DNA of 64,000 bases. It comes from an uncultured virus (IMG/VR IMGVR_UViG_3300048905_000045) (taxonomy: Duplodnaviria; Heunggongvirae; Uroviricota; Caudoviricetes). Positions within the stretch are counted from its first letter, which is position 1. The number at the start of each line of letters is the position of its first letter. The stretch lies in the IMG/VR virus record IMGVR_UViG_3300048905_000045. One strand, given 5' to 3'. Both the position numbers and the translations under genes were made by a program. Of this stretch, positions 1 to 9,835 are shown in pieces. The notes beneath the pieces were generated by a model that saw only the letters and a program-made list of their open reading frames with translations, did no database searches and was not told the DNA's origin.

Positions 1-1
1 G

Positions 2-3000
2 TTCGGTCCGCGCATCCAGAATCTCGCCGTCGCCGGGAACACGTTCGAGGTGGACGGCTTCCGGGCCATTGACATCACCGAGGCGAAGGCCGCGCTGGAC
101 GCCGCCGCCACCGCGCAGGCCCGCGCAGATGCCGCCTTCGATGACGCCTACGACGCGAACGTGGCCGCCGGTCAGGCCCAAACCTCCGCGAACGGCAAGA
201 ACAACGTCCTCTATCTGGCATCCCTGCCCTCCGGCAACGGCTTCGCTGACGGCGACACGGTGTTCATCCGCTCCGCGCCGGGCGCGCCGATCACCGCGCA
301 GTGGCGCTGGGACAAGCCCTCGCTGACGTGGAAGATCGAGACGCTGGGCCATCAGGTCATCGCCTCCGTTGACCTCGGCAAGGCCACCATCGGGGAACTC
401 GACGGCATCTACGTCAAGGCGTTCTCACTGCGCGCCGACACGCTCAAAATCGGGTCCGGGGCGAACATGTTCCCGGACCCGAAGATGCTCGACGTCGCCG
501 GGTGGCCTGTTGTGGCCGGAGTGTCATTCGAGGGAGTGGGCACCGGCAAGAACGGGCAGGGCTCCATGCTCGTCGCCCAGTCCGCCACGCAGACCGGCGC
601 CTACTACGGGTTCAGCGACCCCGAACGGCGCACGCTGGTGCGGGCGAACTCCTCGTACCGGATCAGCGTGTGGCTCCGCGCCAACGTCACCATCCCGGTT
701 GGCGGCGTGGCACTCTACGCCCGGCAGTACCCGCTGGACGGTTCCACCTACAGCTTCACCACGCCCGCCTCCATCAGCAACAACACCACCATCCCGGCGA
801 ACACCTGGACTGAACTCACCGGGGTTGTCGCCACTGGCGCGTTCGATTCGGGAATGTCCATCGCCCCCATCAAGCAGGCGCTGTTCACCACCAGCGCCGT
901 GCGGTTCTCCGACCCGACCATCGAGATGATGGGCATTGGCCGGCTGATCGTGGACGGCACCATTCAGGGCAACCACATCCTCGCCGGGACCATCGCCACC
1001 AAGCACCTGACCGTCACGGACCTGACGAACTTCGCGCCGTCGCTGGCCGATTCCCCGACGGACTGGTCCCTGACGAACCAGATGCAGATTGTCCCGTCCA
1101 GCATCGACCCGACCGGATACCGGTTCTCCACGGTCAACGCCACGGCCGACTCCCGCGCCTACGGGCCGTGGATGTCGGTCACGCCGGGCGAAAGCCTGTG
1201 GATGGGCGCCAACCTGTACCGGGGCTCCGGTACGGTCCCCGCGTACCTCCGCTACGAGTTTGGTGACGCGAACAAGATCGGCCTCGCGGGCGGCGCGGGC
1301 ACCAACTACGTCAACGTGCCGCAGTCCAACACCTCGGCGACGGGTGTCCGGTTCGAGGGCCCGGCCGTCGTTCCCGCCGGTGCGGCCTACGCGCGCTGGT
1401 ACATCATCATCGCGGCAGGCACGGGTGACACCGGGTTCTACAACATCGTCGGCCGCCGCCGCCTCGCGGGCGAACTGCTCATCGACGGGACCGTGACGAG
1501 TGACAAGGTCGCCACGAACGGGATCACCGCGAAGAACATCCTCGTCGGCGACTTCCAGAACTTCGCCATCGGCTCCGACTTCGAGGACCCGGCGGCGGTC
1601 CCGTGGACCCTCCACGCCACGCACACCCTCACCACGAGCCAGAAGAAGTCGGGCACCACCTCGCTGAGGCTGGCCGCCGGAACCGGTTCGCGCGAATCGG
1701 TATTCATCGGGGACATGCGGGTCAAGGAAGGCGAACAGTACAACTTCAAATACTGGGCGTACATCGACGCCAGCTTCAACGGCACCGCGGGCAACTCCAA
1801 GCTCCGCATCGCGGACCAGACCGGCTCCGCCTTTATCGTGTCCAACTCCTTCTCCGCTAACACCCGGAGCACATGGGTGCCGATGGAGGTGACGTACACG
1901 GTCAGCGCCGGGACCACGTCGCTGAAGGTGTCGCTGGTTTCCGACAACACGGCCGGAACCGCATACATCGACGACGTCCAGATCAGGCGCGTCTCCGAAG
2001 CCTCGCTCATCATGAACCTCGGCGTGGAGAAGCTGACCGCATCCGCCGCGTCCATGGGACAGGCGGTGATCGACAAGCTGTGGACCGATGTGGTGCGCTC
2101 GCGCCGGATGACCACGGACATGATGGTGGTCGGGCGCGGCGTCAACGGCATCGTCGATGAGTTCTTCGAGCAGGATGACCTGAAGACGTACCGCGACGTG
2201 CTCTGCGGCGACTGGGGCGCGTTCTCGTGGTCCGCCAGCGCAGGCGTGAACATGTACGGCGGCACGCTGACGGCGGGCACGTCCCGGTCCTTCTACTACG
2301 ACACCGTCGCCACCTACGACAAGAACTCCTACATCCCGGTGGAGCCGGGGCAGGTGTGGCTGTTCAAGGCGCAGTACACCTCGGCCACCTCCGGCCCGCG
2401 CGCCACCCTGCGCCAGATCAAGCGCGACGGCACCAACGCCTACACCTCGGTCGGCTGGACCAAGCGCGACCTGACCTCCAACGGGTACGAACCGGCAGGC
2501 ACGGTCCGCACGCTGGAGCGCATCTACACGGTCCCGGCCGACGTCGCCTACATCATGCCCGCGATCCAGTTCGAGGCCACCTGCACCAGCGCCTACGTCT
2601 ACGGCGGGGCGACACTGACCAACATGGCGACCAGCTCGCTCGTGGTGGACGGTGCCATCGCGGCCCGGAACCTGACCGTGACGGAGGAAATGTGGACGAA
2701 CATTCTGCATTTCAAGAAGCTCGGCGGCGACGAGATTGACGTGAACCTGCTCGGTGCCGACACCGCATGGATCGGCATTCTCCGCGGCCACGTCCTCATC
2801 AACGACGCCGTCACCACCGGCATCCTGAAGGCCGACGCGATCACCTCCAAGCACACCATCACGGGTGCCACGATCCAGACCACGGCGACCGCGCTGAGGG
2901 GCATCAAGATCACCAGCACCGGCATGAAGGGCTGGGACTCCGGCGGAGCGCCCACGCTCGACATCGGCAACGGCACCACGAACCTGCTGGTCGGCAACGT

Positions 3001-3832
3001 CATGACGTCCAAGGACGGCACCGGCGGCATCCGGCTCATCAACTCCTCCGAGTGGGGCCTGCCCGCCATCATCTACTCCTACAACGGCAACCAGACCGTG
3101 CAGGAGGCGGCGTCCTTCATGCGCTACTCCATCGGCGGCGACCCGGAACTGGTGCACCGCGCACCGAACCGGGCCATCGTCGGCGGCACCGGCCTTGGCT
3201 TCGTCCGCATCGAAGGCGACCTCGTCCTCTCGCTCGGCAACGGCGCGTCCGGGGCCCAGCAGATGCGCGTGGAACAGCCCTTCAACCTCGACGCATGGTC
3301 CCCGCAGACCGGCTATCAGGCGATGACGCTGAACGGCAAGCTCACCACCATCAACGCGGTGGCCGGTAACGTCAAGATCGACGCGGGCGCCTACTACGTC
3401 CAGCTTCCCTCGACCTACGCGCGGACCTCCGGCAGTGCCGGTAACGTCGTCATCGCCTCCGACGGCGGCCTGTTCCGGTCCACGTCGGCGTCGAAGTACA
3501 AGATTCTGCCCGAGGTCATGGACCTGCCCGCGGGCCTGCTCGACGTACAGGTGAAGAACTGGATCGACCTCGCCGCGGCGACCGAGTTCGCGGACTTCTA
3601 CGAGCGGGAGGACGCGCTGGATGAGACGGAGCAGAACCGGTTCAATGCCATCTCGCTGAAGCGCATCCCCGGCGCCATCGCCGAAGACGTCGAAGCGGCC
3701 GGTGGCGGTGACTTCGTGGTCTATGGCGAGGGCGGGCAGATCGAGGGCCTGATGTATGACCGCCTTGCGCTGGCCCAGATTCAGCTCCTGAAGGCGCGCA
3801 TTGAGGAGCTGGAGGCGCGTCTTCCGGCATGA
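2..3832 (+). CDS. Large minor tail / receptor-binding protein, 5'-truncated, with several carbohydrate-binding-like modules and a C-terminal peptidase S74-type intramolecular chaperone
   Basis: Frame is open from base 2 (FGPRIQNLAVAGNTFEVDG...). Repeated 'LIVDGTI/LLIDGTV/LVVDGAI' linkers separate beta-rich modules. C-terminus reads 'TSASKYK...IAEDVE...YDRLALAQIQLLKARIEELEARL'. Confidence 0.85.
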   Translation, partial: FGPRIQNLAVAGNTFEVDGFRAIDITEAKAALDAAATAQARADAAFDDAYDANVAAGQAQTSANGKNNVLYLASLPSGNGFADGDTVFIRSAPGAPITAQWRWDKPSLTWKIETLGHQVIASVDLGKATIGELDGIYVKAFSLRADTLKIGSGANMFPDPKMLDVAGWPVVAGVSFEGVGTGKNGQGSMLVAQSATQTGAYYGFSDPERRTLVRANSSYRISVWLRANVTIPVGGVALYARQYPLDGSTYSFTTPASISNNTTIPANTWTELTGVVATGAFDSGMSIAPIKQALFTTSAVRFSDPTIEMMGIGRLIVDGTIQGNHILAGTIATKHLTVTDLTNFAPSLADSPTDWSLTNQMQIVPSSIDPTGYRFSTVNATADSRAYGPWMSVTPGESLWMGANLYRGSGTVPAYLRYEFGDANKIGLAGGAGTNYVNVPQSNTSATGVRFEGPAVVPAGAAYARWYIIIAAGTGDTGFYNIVGRRRLAGELLIDGTVTSDKVATNGITAKNILVGDFQNFAIGSDFEDPAAVPWTLHATHTLTTSQKKSGTTSLRLAAGTGSRESVFIGDMRVKEGEQYNFKYWAYIDASFNGTAGNSKLRIADQTGSAFIVSNSFSANTRSTWVPMEVTYTVSAGTTSLKVSLVSDNTAGTAYIDDVQIRRVSEASLIMNLGVEKLTASAASMGQAVIDKLWTDVVRSRRMTTDMMVVGRGVNGIVDEFFEQDDLKTYRDVLCGDWGAFSWSASAGVNMYGGTLTAGTSRSFYYDTVATYDKNSYIPVEPGQVWLFKAQYTSATSGPRATLRQIKRDGTNAYTSVGWTKRDLTSNGYEPAGTVRTLERIYTVPADVAYIMPAIQFEATCTSAYVYGGATLTNMATSSLVVDGAIAARNLTVTEEMWTNILHFKKLGGDEIDVNLLGADTAWIGILRGHVLINDAVTTGILKADAITSKHTITGATIQTTATALRGIKITSTGMKGWDSGGAPTLDIGNGTTNLLVGNVMTSKDGTGGIRLINSSEWGLPAIIYSYNGNQTVQEAASFMRYSIGGDPELVHRAPNRAIVGGTGLGFVRIEGDLVLSLGNGASGAQQMRVEQPFNLDAWSPQTGYQAMTLNGKLTTINAVAGNVKIDAGAYYVQLPSTYARTSGSAGNVVIASDGGLFRSTSASKYKILPEVMDLPAGLLDVQVKNWIDLAAATEFADFYEREDALDETEQNRFNAISLKRIPGAIAEDVEAAGGGDFVVYGEGGQIEGLMYDRLALAQIQLLKARIEELEARLPA

Positions 3833-3890
3833 AAGCGTATACGCCCCGGTAAGCTCAAACCGGAACCCCTACCGACGAAAGGTGGCCCTA

Positions 3891-4163
3891 GTGTCACAGC
3901 AGGACCAGCAGATCACAATGTTGCAGGAGCAGGCCGAGGACTTGGTCGGCTACGTGCAGGACTACCAGAACAAAAACGCTGAGGTGACGTTCCAGCTTGT
4001 GCAGGCGAACGGTTCCGTCCGCAGGCTCCAGACGAAGCTGGAGCAGGTGCAGGAGGAACTGCGGCAGGCGCAGGCCCGGATCGCCGAACTGGAGGAGCCC
4101 GCCGAGGTTCCGCAGGCGGAGCCGGAATCGAAGCCCGCCCGGTCGAATAGTAAGGCCGCTTAG
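3891..4163 (+). CDS. Coiled-coil hypothetical protein
   Basis: GAAAGG RBS then GTG; Q/E/L-rich heptads. Confidence 0.7.
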   Translation: MSQQDQQITMLQEQAEDLVGYVQDYQNKNAEVTFQLVQANGSVRRLQTKLEQVQEELRQAQARIAELEEPAEVPQAEPESKPARSNSKAA

Positions 4164-4179
4164 CGTCCACAGCACCACC

Positions 4180-4218
4180 GGAAAGGCCCTTCAGCACACA
4201 CACTGGGGGGCCTTTTCC
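4180..4218 (+). terminator. Intrinsic terminator
   Basis: GGAAAGGCCCTTCAG-8nt-CTGGGGGGCCTTTTCC hairpin. Confidence 0.7.
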
Positions 4219-4377
4219 ATGCCCGTCGACGACAACGCTATATGTATACGGCTTGGCTGGGCGAATGTGCCGGATAGTGGGTTCCCAATCCCATAAAGTT
4301 GTGCCAGTTAGATCAAGGGCGCAGACCGCGCACAGCACTAAAAGGACACAGATTATGGCAAGACCACGAATGAACCG

Positions 4378-4698
4378 GTGCGCAACATGCCCGGCTCAGT
4401 AAGCGTCGATGGGATTACGATTCCCACCGGCCTTGCAGAGATGAGCAGCACCGGCCTTCTGATTACCCTCGTGGCCTTCTTCATCATCTCCGTCGTCCGT
4501 GGATGGCTCATCGTCAAAATCCACTACGACACCGCCATCAAGCGTGCAGAGACAGCCGAAGCCGCCGTCGCCACCCTGACGGCCACCAATGCGGTCCAAG
4601 CCCAGACCATCGAAAAGCAGACCGCCGTCGGCGAAACCGTCGTCAGGGTCATGAACTCGGTCCAAGAAGCACGGGCTACCGCAGGGGACACCACATGA
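4378..4698 (+). CDS. Membrane protein of the lysis cassette (start uncertain)
   Basis: One TM helix (GLLITLVAFFIISVVRGWLIV) followed by coiled coil; first of four overlapping genes. Confidence 0.65.
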   Translation: MRNMPGSVSVDGITIPTGLAEMSSTGLLITLVAFFIISVVRGWLIVKIHYDTAIKRAETAEAAVATLTATNAVQAQTIEKQTAVGETVVRVMNSVQEARATAGDTT

Positions 4699-4910
4699 AC
4701 CTCTTCAAGCGTTTCTCCGAACTCCGCAAGGTCAACGAGGACGCCCTCGTGGTCAACGAGTCCGCGAAACAGGACGCCGACCGGGATCATGAAGTCGCGC
4801 TGGCCCGGCTGGCAGAGGCTACCGAGCAGGCAGACCGCCTCGCCAACATGAACCACCGCAACCATTATTCCGAGTCGCTGACTCACGCCTTCCGGGGGAG
4901 GACCGCATGA
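4695..4910 (+). CDS. Small hypothetical protein in the lysis cassette
   Basis: ATGA overlaps at both ends; MNLFKRFSELRK... Confidence 0.7.
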   Translation: MNLFKRFSELRKVNEDALVVNESAKQDADRDHEVALARLAEATEQADRLANMNHRNHYSESLTHAFRGRTA

Positions 4911-5290
4911 ACAACGAACTGCTCAGCGCCATATTTCTAGGGGCTGTCACCCTCGCCGCGAGCTGGGTCATCATCTACTGGCACTTCGCCACCAAGGGCA
5001 CATGGCGCGAATGGCCCGCAGGCCGGTCCCTGATGGGCCTGCTCGCCATCATCGCGGTCGGCTTCGGCTTCGGCGTCGTCAACCGCATCCTGCCCATGCC
5101 GCTCGGCAAGACCATCGTCGGCGTCGGGCTCTACGCCCTGTTCGTCTCCGCCATCATCTTCATCGGCCTGACGATCCGCAAGGAACTGCGCGTCGGCCGG
5201 GCCAAAGAGCACCACCCCGCCAATCCCAACACCGGCACCATTGACATCACGGTCGCCACTGATACAGACAAGGAACACCCCGATGACTGA
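4907..5290 (+). CDS. Three-TM membrane protein, holin-like
   Basis: Three hydrophobic helices; GGAGG RBS. Confidence 0.7.
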   Translation: MNNELLSAIFLGAVTLAASWVIIYWHFATKGTWREWPAGRSLMGLLAIIAVGFGFGVVNRILPMPLGKTIVGVGLYALFVSAIIFIGLTIRKELRVGRAKEHHPANPNTGTIDITVATDTDKEHPDD

Positions 5291-5639
5291 GTCCAACGAA
5301 ATCCGCGTGGACGGCGCCATCTCCGCCGCCAACGTCGCCCCCGGCCCGGACCACCGCGCCGTGGCCCCCACCGCCCCGAACAAGGCGTTCTGGCGCACGG
5401 TGCTTCAGGTCGGCCCCACCTCGCTGGTGGCGCTGGTCGGCATCCTGCCGTTCGTCATCCAAGACATCGTCGACGGCTTCGGCCAGCACCTCCCGGACGG
5501 CCTCCGGCTGTGGTTGCTGGGCGCCTCGGTGACGCTGACCGCGGCGTCGGCCACGCTGGCGAAGATCATGGCGAACGTCAAGGTCATCGAGTGGACGCGC
5601 AAGTACGCGCCGTTCTTCGCCCCGCAGAAGCAGTCATAG
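5283..5639 (+). CDS. Two-TM membrane protein, holin-like
   Basis: AAGGA RBS; 'WRTVLQ' motif then two TM helices; last gene of the + arm. Confidence 0.65.
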   Translation: MTESNEIRVDGAISAANVAPGPDHRAVAPTAPNKAFWRTVLQVGPTSLVALVGILPFVIQDIVDGFGQHLPDGLRLWLLGASVTLTAASATLAKIMANVKVIEWTRKYAPFFAPQKQS

Positions 5640-5662
5640 GTTCCGGGCGTCTCCCCCGGTAA

Positions 5663-5706
5663 ACAGAAAAACCCCCCACCGCGCGAGCAGTGAGGGGTTT
5701 TTCTGT
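5663..5706. terminator. Bidirectional terminator where the two arms converge
   Basis: ACAGAAAAACCCC...GGGGTTTTTCTGT inverted repeat. Confidence 0.85.
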
Positions 5707-5722
5707 GGGTGACGACCGGTCG

Positions 5723-6139
5723 TCAGGCCTGCACTTCGAGGCGGCAGTCGAACCTGAAGTGGTCCTTGCGGTCCGACTTCTCCCCGGTGCCCGTCAGGTG
5801 CGGGCCGTCGAAGTAGGCGTCGGAGTCGTCGACCAGACACCCCCGGGCCGGGAGCTGTTTCTGGCCCTTCACCACCGGAGGCCTGTCCACCATCCCGTCG
5901 ACGTACGCCTTCATCGTCGGGTAATAGTTGGACGCGTCGGCGCTGGCCGCGGTGGGGTAGGACACCCGCACCGTCAGCCGGACCTTCAGGAACTTCTTCC
6001 CGAGCTTGCGGCCCGCGGCCTTCCCGAGGACTTTCAGGTCACGCTTAATCGGGTTCCCCGTGCCCCAGTGCGGGAGCCGGTTCTGGTTGAGCACCAGCGA
6101 CTTGTGGATGTACTGCGTCCACTCGTGCACCTCGGTCAC
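5723..6139 (-). CDS. rusA: RusA-like Holliday junction resolvase
   Basis: 'DASNYYPTMKAYVDGM...LVDDS' matches the D-x2-N...K...D...DD pattern; its stop is the palindrome TGA. Confidence 0.75.
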   Translation of the reverse strand: MTEVHEWTQYIHKSLVLNQNRLPHWGTGNPIKRDLKVLGKAAGRKLGKKFLKVRLTVRVSYPTAASADASNYYPTMKAYVDGMVDRPPVVKGQKQLPARGCLVDDSDAYFDGPHLTGTGEKSDRKDHFRFDCRLEVQA

Positions 6140-6342
6140 TTGGCTCCCTTCCAGTCCGCGAGCTTCCACAGCCGCCCCAGCCCGATCCCGATGCCGTAGA
6201 CCGCCAGCACCGGCCAGACCAGAGAGAGGAACGCGATGCGGGCGGCGAACCGCTTCTCGTCGTCACCGGCGAACCGGCTCGACCCGACGATCATGGCAAG
6301 GAGCAGGGTGAGGATCAGGCCGAAAACGTACAGCTCGCTCAT
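6136..6342 (-). CDS. Small membrane protein
   Basis: Two hydrophobic segments; 4-bp overlaps. Confidence 0.7.
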   Translation of the reverse strand: MSELYVFGLILTLLLAMIVGSSRFAGDDEKRFAARIAFLSLVWPVLAVYGIGIGLGRLWKLADWKGAK

Positions 6343-6536
6343 GCCTGCCTCAGCTCCCTTGCGACTTCCGTGACGGTCTGGAGCGAGAGGCCCGTCGCGC
6401 TGACCGTCCGCGCCAGATTCTCCGGGGAGAAGATCGACGCGCTGGCCGCATCCACGGCAACCCTGACATCCCCGGTCGTCAGCTCGATGCCGAGGCTGTC
6501 GAGCGCGGCCTGCGCCGCGAACACAGGATTGCTCAT
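6339..6536 (-). CDS. Hypothetical protein
   Basis: Overlapping operon packing; GGAGG RBS. Confidence 0.7.
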   Translation of the reverse strand: MSNPVFAAQAALDSLGIELTTGDVRVAVDAASASIFSPENLARTVSATGLSLQTVTEVARELRQA

Positions 6537-6703
6537 GCTTTCACCTCCGGTCGGTCACGCCACAGCGCACCGCAGGAACAACCGTGCCCGACGCCCATGA
6601 ATGGGTCGTGGCCTTTCCGTCCGGTACAGGTGCAGACGTGGCCCGCGCCGATCCCTTGCCCGCCATTGGCTCCGCAATACTCCCAGCCGCTGTGACCGAT
6701 CAT
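6533..6703 (-). CDS. Small Cys/His-rich protein
   Basis: Fills the operon gap; C/H clusters. Confidence 0.55.
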   Translation of the reverse strand: MIGHSGWEYCGANGGQGIGAGHVCTCTGRKGHDPFMGVGHGCSCGALWRDRPEVKA

Positions 6704-6710
6704 CTGTCCA

Positions 6711-6920
6711 CTAGCTCCCACGAGTCACCGCCGGGCAGTCCTTGGCGTTGTGCATCTGCCGGATCGTCTTGCCCCGGCTCCACGGGTGCTGGATGCACTC
6801 GGGGTCGATGCGCTCACTGTCCACCAGCCCGCAGGCCGCGGTGCCGCAGGGGCAGACGTCCTCCATCATGGTGCCGGTGAAGCTCCGGCCGATATGTGCG
6901 GCCCACGGGTCGCTACTCAT
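6711..6920 (-). CDS. Small Cys/His-rich protein
   Basis: AAGGAG RBS; CPCG...CGL...CIQH. Confidence 0.7.
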   Translation of the reverse strand: MSSDPWAAHIGRSFTGTMMEDVCPCGTAACGLVDSERIDPECIQHPWSRGKTIRQMHNAKDCPAVTRGS

Positions 6921-7119
6921 AGTCGCTCCTTACTTCGGTAATGATGGCCTCGGCCAGCGCCATCAGGTCGTAATGCCCGTCGATGGTGACGGCAGTCAGG
7001 TCTTCGGTCCCGTCATCGTTCGTCGCCGGGGAGCAGTAGTGGCCGTCCATGTGTCCCTGCTCGGCGAAGCTGTTGACCATGAGCGCGGCGACGGCGCGCA
7101 CTTTCGGATCAGTCGTCAT
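6913..7119 (-). CDS. Hypothetical protein
   Basis: Operon packing. Confidence 0.65.
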   Translation of the reverse strand: MTTDPKVRAVAALMVNSFAEQGHMDGHYCSPATNDDGTEDLTAVTIDGHYDLMALAEAIITEVRSDYE

Positions 7120-7519
7120 AGCGGGCGTCCCTCATTTCGTCGTAGGCGCGGTCGGGGTCAAGGTCCTCATCTTCGAGGATGGTGTCGGAGGTCTGGGTGA
7201 CGCCGCACCGGGGGCAGGTCCACTCGGCCTCCTCGGAGACGGGCAGTTCCAGTTCCCCGGTCCAGTCGCACTCGTAGGTGCCCTCCTTCTTGTGCCGGTC
7301 CACCGTCCCGGCGGTGTGGCCGAGCTGGAACAGCACCGCAGTGATGGTCGCATCCGGGTCCATCACCAGCTTCCTCAGCGCTTCGAGCCGGTCCTGCACC
7401 AGAGTGACGGGAACGACCATTGCCTCGTCGCTCGTGCAGTCCACCGTCACGGGGCGCTCTTGCGGGTTGAAGTGCGGGTGGGCGTCGGTGACACCGGCCG
7501 GGTAATTGTCATTGCTCAC
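7109..7519 (-). CDS. Hypothetical protein with a CxxC zinc-ribbon
   Basis: MSNDNYPAGVT...; WTCPRCG. Confidence 0.75.
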   Translation of the reverse strand: MSNDNYPAGVTDAHPHFNPQERPVTVDCTSDEAMVVPVTLVQDRLEALRKLVMDPDATITAVLFQLGHTAGTVDRHKKEGTYECDWTGELELPVSEEAEWTCPRCGVTQTSDTILEDEDLDPDRAYDEMRDARYDD

Positions 7520-7721
7520 GGGGTACTTCCTTCCATTGGATCGGTTCTGATTCGTACAGTGTGGCGTCGATGCCCCGGCCCAGCAGGTAGTCGCGCCGGG
7601 CCTCGGCGGCGGGCTTGTTGGTGAACTTCCCGCCGCCGCTCTCCCGGTACTTCAACTTGCCGATGGTGCTGATGTCGACCCAGTACAGGGTCTTGGGTGC
7701 CCTGCCGCTCGGGCCGCTCAT
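7509..7721 (-). CDS. Hypothetical protein
   Basis: ATGA overlap with the upstream gene. Confidence 0.65.
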   Translation of the reverse strand: MSGPSGRAPKTLYWVDISTIGKLKYRESGGGKFTNKPAAEARRDYLLGRGIDATLYESEPIQWKEVPREQ

Positions 7722-8146
7722 CGTGCGCCCGGCGCTTCTGATCCGGCACAGCCGAGCCGGTCGCACGGGCAGTCCTCATCGTGGCAACTGTCGCAGTCGA
7801 ACGGGCACACGTCCGGCTCCGGCTCAGGCTCCAGCGCTGTGATGTGTTCGGGTAGGACGTGGACGGGCGCTGACCGCAGGCTGGTCACGATCAGGTAGGC
7901 GGTGAAGTGGCGATGGGCGTCATACTCCCCCGGCTCCTCCCCGTTGCCGTAGTGGTAGGTGCCGTCGGAGAGGGTGCGCTTGCCAATAATGATGCCCTCA
8001 CCCCCATCCAACCTCTTGCCGGGGTACGCCTCCCCGGACCACACCCTGTTCGGACCTTTCGGGTACGGCTGGTTGTAGGTGTCCACGTAGCGGCGCTTGA
8101 TCCGTTCGGCGAACCGGACGCGCTGGCCCAACGTGTAATTACTCAC
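7718..8146 (-). CDS. Hypothetical protein with a Cys-rich tail
   Basis: GAAAGGA RBS, GTG start. Confidence 0.7.
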   Translation of the reverse strand: MSNYTLGQRVRFAERIKRRYVDTYNQPYPKGPNRVWSGEAYPGKRLDGGEGIIIGKRTLSDGTYHYGNGEEPGEYDAHRHFTAYLIVTSLRSAPVHVLPEHITALEPEPEPDVCPFDCDSCHDEDCPCDRLGCAGSEAPGAR

Positions 8147-8427
8147 AGGTGCAGTCCTTTCTCGATGTCGTCGAGCCGGGCGCGCTGGGCGTCCTGCCCG
8201 TACATGCTGATAACCCACGACGCCATCTCCTCGACGCTGACGTCCAGCGTCACCTCGGGCGGGTCGATCATGAGGGTGTCGCCCATGACCCACGGCGGGG
8301 GCTGGCGGGTGTTGCGGTTCATGGTCATTCCCGCGGGGGTGCGGGTGAAGACGGTGAACAGTTCCCCGTTCACCGTCTCCACGACCATGCCGACGCGCTT
8401 AATCCTGACGCGCTCCGGCTCGGGCAT
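8143..8427 (-). CDS. Hypothetical protein
   Basis: Operon packing. Confidence 0.7.
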   Translation of the reverse strand: MPEPERVRIKRVGMVVETVNGELFTVFTRTPAGMTMNRNTRQPPPWVMGDTLMIDPPEVTLDVSVEEMASWVISMYGQDAQRARLDDIEKGLHL

Positions 8428-8897
8428 TACTTCGTCAGCCGGGGCACGTCGATGGCGAGCGGGGCGTCGGACTGGATGTAGTCGAGGTCGGTGACGACCA
8501 TCGTGCCGTCGCTGGTGAAAAAGAAGATGCCCGGGTCGCCGTCACCATAGGAGCCGTCATCCTGCGCGGAGTCCAGCACGGAGGAGTCACGGTAGCCGGA
8601 GTTGGCCAGCTCCAGTTCGGGGCCGATCTGGGAGCCGTTGGAGCTGATCTTGCCCTTGGTGACGTAGTAGCCGATGATCTTGCCGAAGCTCATCACGTAC
8701 AGGTAGCGCTCGGTCGAGGGGTTTTCCTCGCGGTCCCGCTTGGCCTTCAGGTTCTTGATTTCCAGCGACTCGCCCTTGGGCTGGGATGCGGCCTGCGCCT
8801 TCTGCCGTTCGGTGGCGGTGGCGTCGCAGGAGGAGGCGGTGAGTCCGATGATCGCGGCGAGGGAGAGGGCGGCGACGGTGGTGAAGCGCTTGTTCAT
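8427..8897 (-). CDS. Putative lipoprotein
   Basis: Signal peptide ending in a lipobox-like 'LTASSC'. Confidence 0.75.
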   Translation of the reverse strand: MNKRFTTVAALSLAAIIGLTASSCDATATERQKAQAASQPKGESLEIKNLKAKRDREENPSTERYLYVMSFGKIIGYYVTKGKISSNGSQIGPELELANSGYRDSSVLDSAQDDGSYGDGDPGIFFFTSDGTMVVTDLDYIQSDAPLAIDVPRLTK

Positions 8898-8910
8898 GTG
8901 GGTGGTTCCT

Positions 8911-9321
8911 TTACTTGCAGTCGGTGGCGGGGTTGGAGTCGTCGATCTGGTACGGCAGGTCGGCGGACTTGAAGTCTTCCTTCAGGAACTTGCGGGAGTC
9001 GGCGTTATAGGCCGCCACCGCGCTCATGCAGACGCTGGTGACGCCGGTCAGGTTGGTCTTCAGCGTCGGGTCCGTCGGGGCCGCCTCCAGCGCGGTCCGG
9101 TGGACGGCGATCTTGCGGTCAGCAGAGACGATTTCCTGATACCGGTCCTCGAACCCGGCCTGCGCCTTCGTCCAGTTCTCGGCGGAGTTCTTCTGGATGA
9201 TGGCGTTGCCGACACCCTTGGGGCCGGACAGCGCCACGGTCAGGGCGAAGCCCGCCCACGACAGGACGATCAGGCCGACGACGACGGCGATGGCCGTCCA
9301 GATGATGCGTTTGGTGCTCAT
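8911..9321 (-). CDS. Membrane-anchored protein
   Basis: N-terminal TM helix. Confidence 0.8.
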   Translation of the reverse strand: MSTKRIIWTAIAVVVGLIVLSWAGFALTVALSGPKGVGNAIIQKNSAENWTKAQAGFEDRYQEIVSADRKIAVHRTALEAAPTDPTLKTNLTGVTSVCMSAVAAYNADSRKFLKEDFKSADLPYQIDDSNPATDCK

Positions 9322-9800
9322 TAGTTTCCTTCGATAGTTCCAGTGCTGAGCGTGTTCAGGATGAACTGCGCCGCGTTCCGGCTGGTGGTGGTGACGATGT
9401 ACGCCCCGTTGTCGTAGTGGTTGCGCTTCTTGTAGACGTGCCAGTGGACGCCGTCATTGGAGCGTTCGGCGAAGAAGATGCCGTGGTCGATCCGGCTAGC
9501 ATTGGCGGCGTCGAGGAGAGCCTGTTCCAAGTCGTTGTAGCTGGGCATGTCGCCGGGGTCGGTGACGAGGTGTTCGCCCTGATCGAGCGGACCGTCCTCG
9601 TCCTCGCGCGGCTCCTCGCCGTCGTTCTGCCAGTCGATGTAGCCGTCGGCGAGACTGTTGTGGCCGAGGTCGCGGAGGGTGCGGGCCACGTCGGTGTCGG
9701 TAATGCCCTGCTTGTGCAAGCCGTCGAGCCGTCCGTACATGTCGTCGATGGCGGCGCTGACGATGTTCTCGACGGCGAGCCGGGCTTCGTTCTGTTCCAT
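9321..9800 (-). CDS. Hypothetical protein
   Basis: Palindrome then GAAAGGAACC RBS then ATG (MEQNEAR...). Confidence 0.75.
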   Translation of the reverse strand: MEQNEARLAVENIVSAAIDDMYGRLDGLHKQGITDTDVARTLRDLGHNSLADGYIDWQNDGEEPREDEDGPLDQGEHLVTDPGDMPSYNDLEQALLDAANASRIDHGIFFAERSNDGVHWHVYKKRNHYDNGAYIVTTTSRNAAQFILNTLSTGTIEGN

Positions 9801-9835
9801 GGTGCGGTTCCTTTCTGGTAGGTGACGACCGGTCG

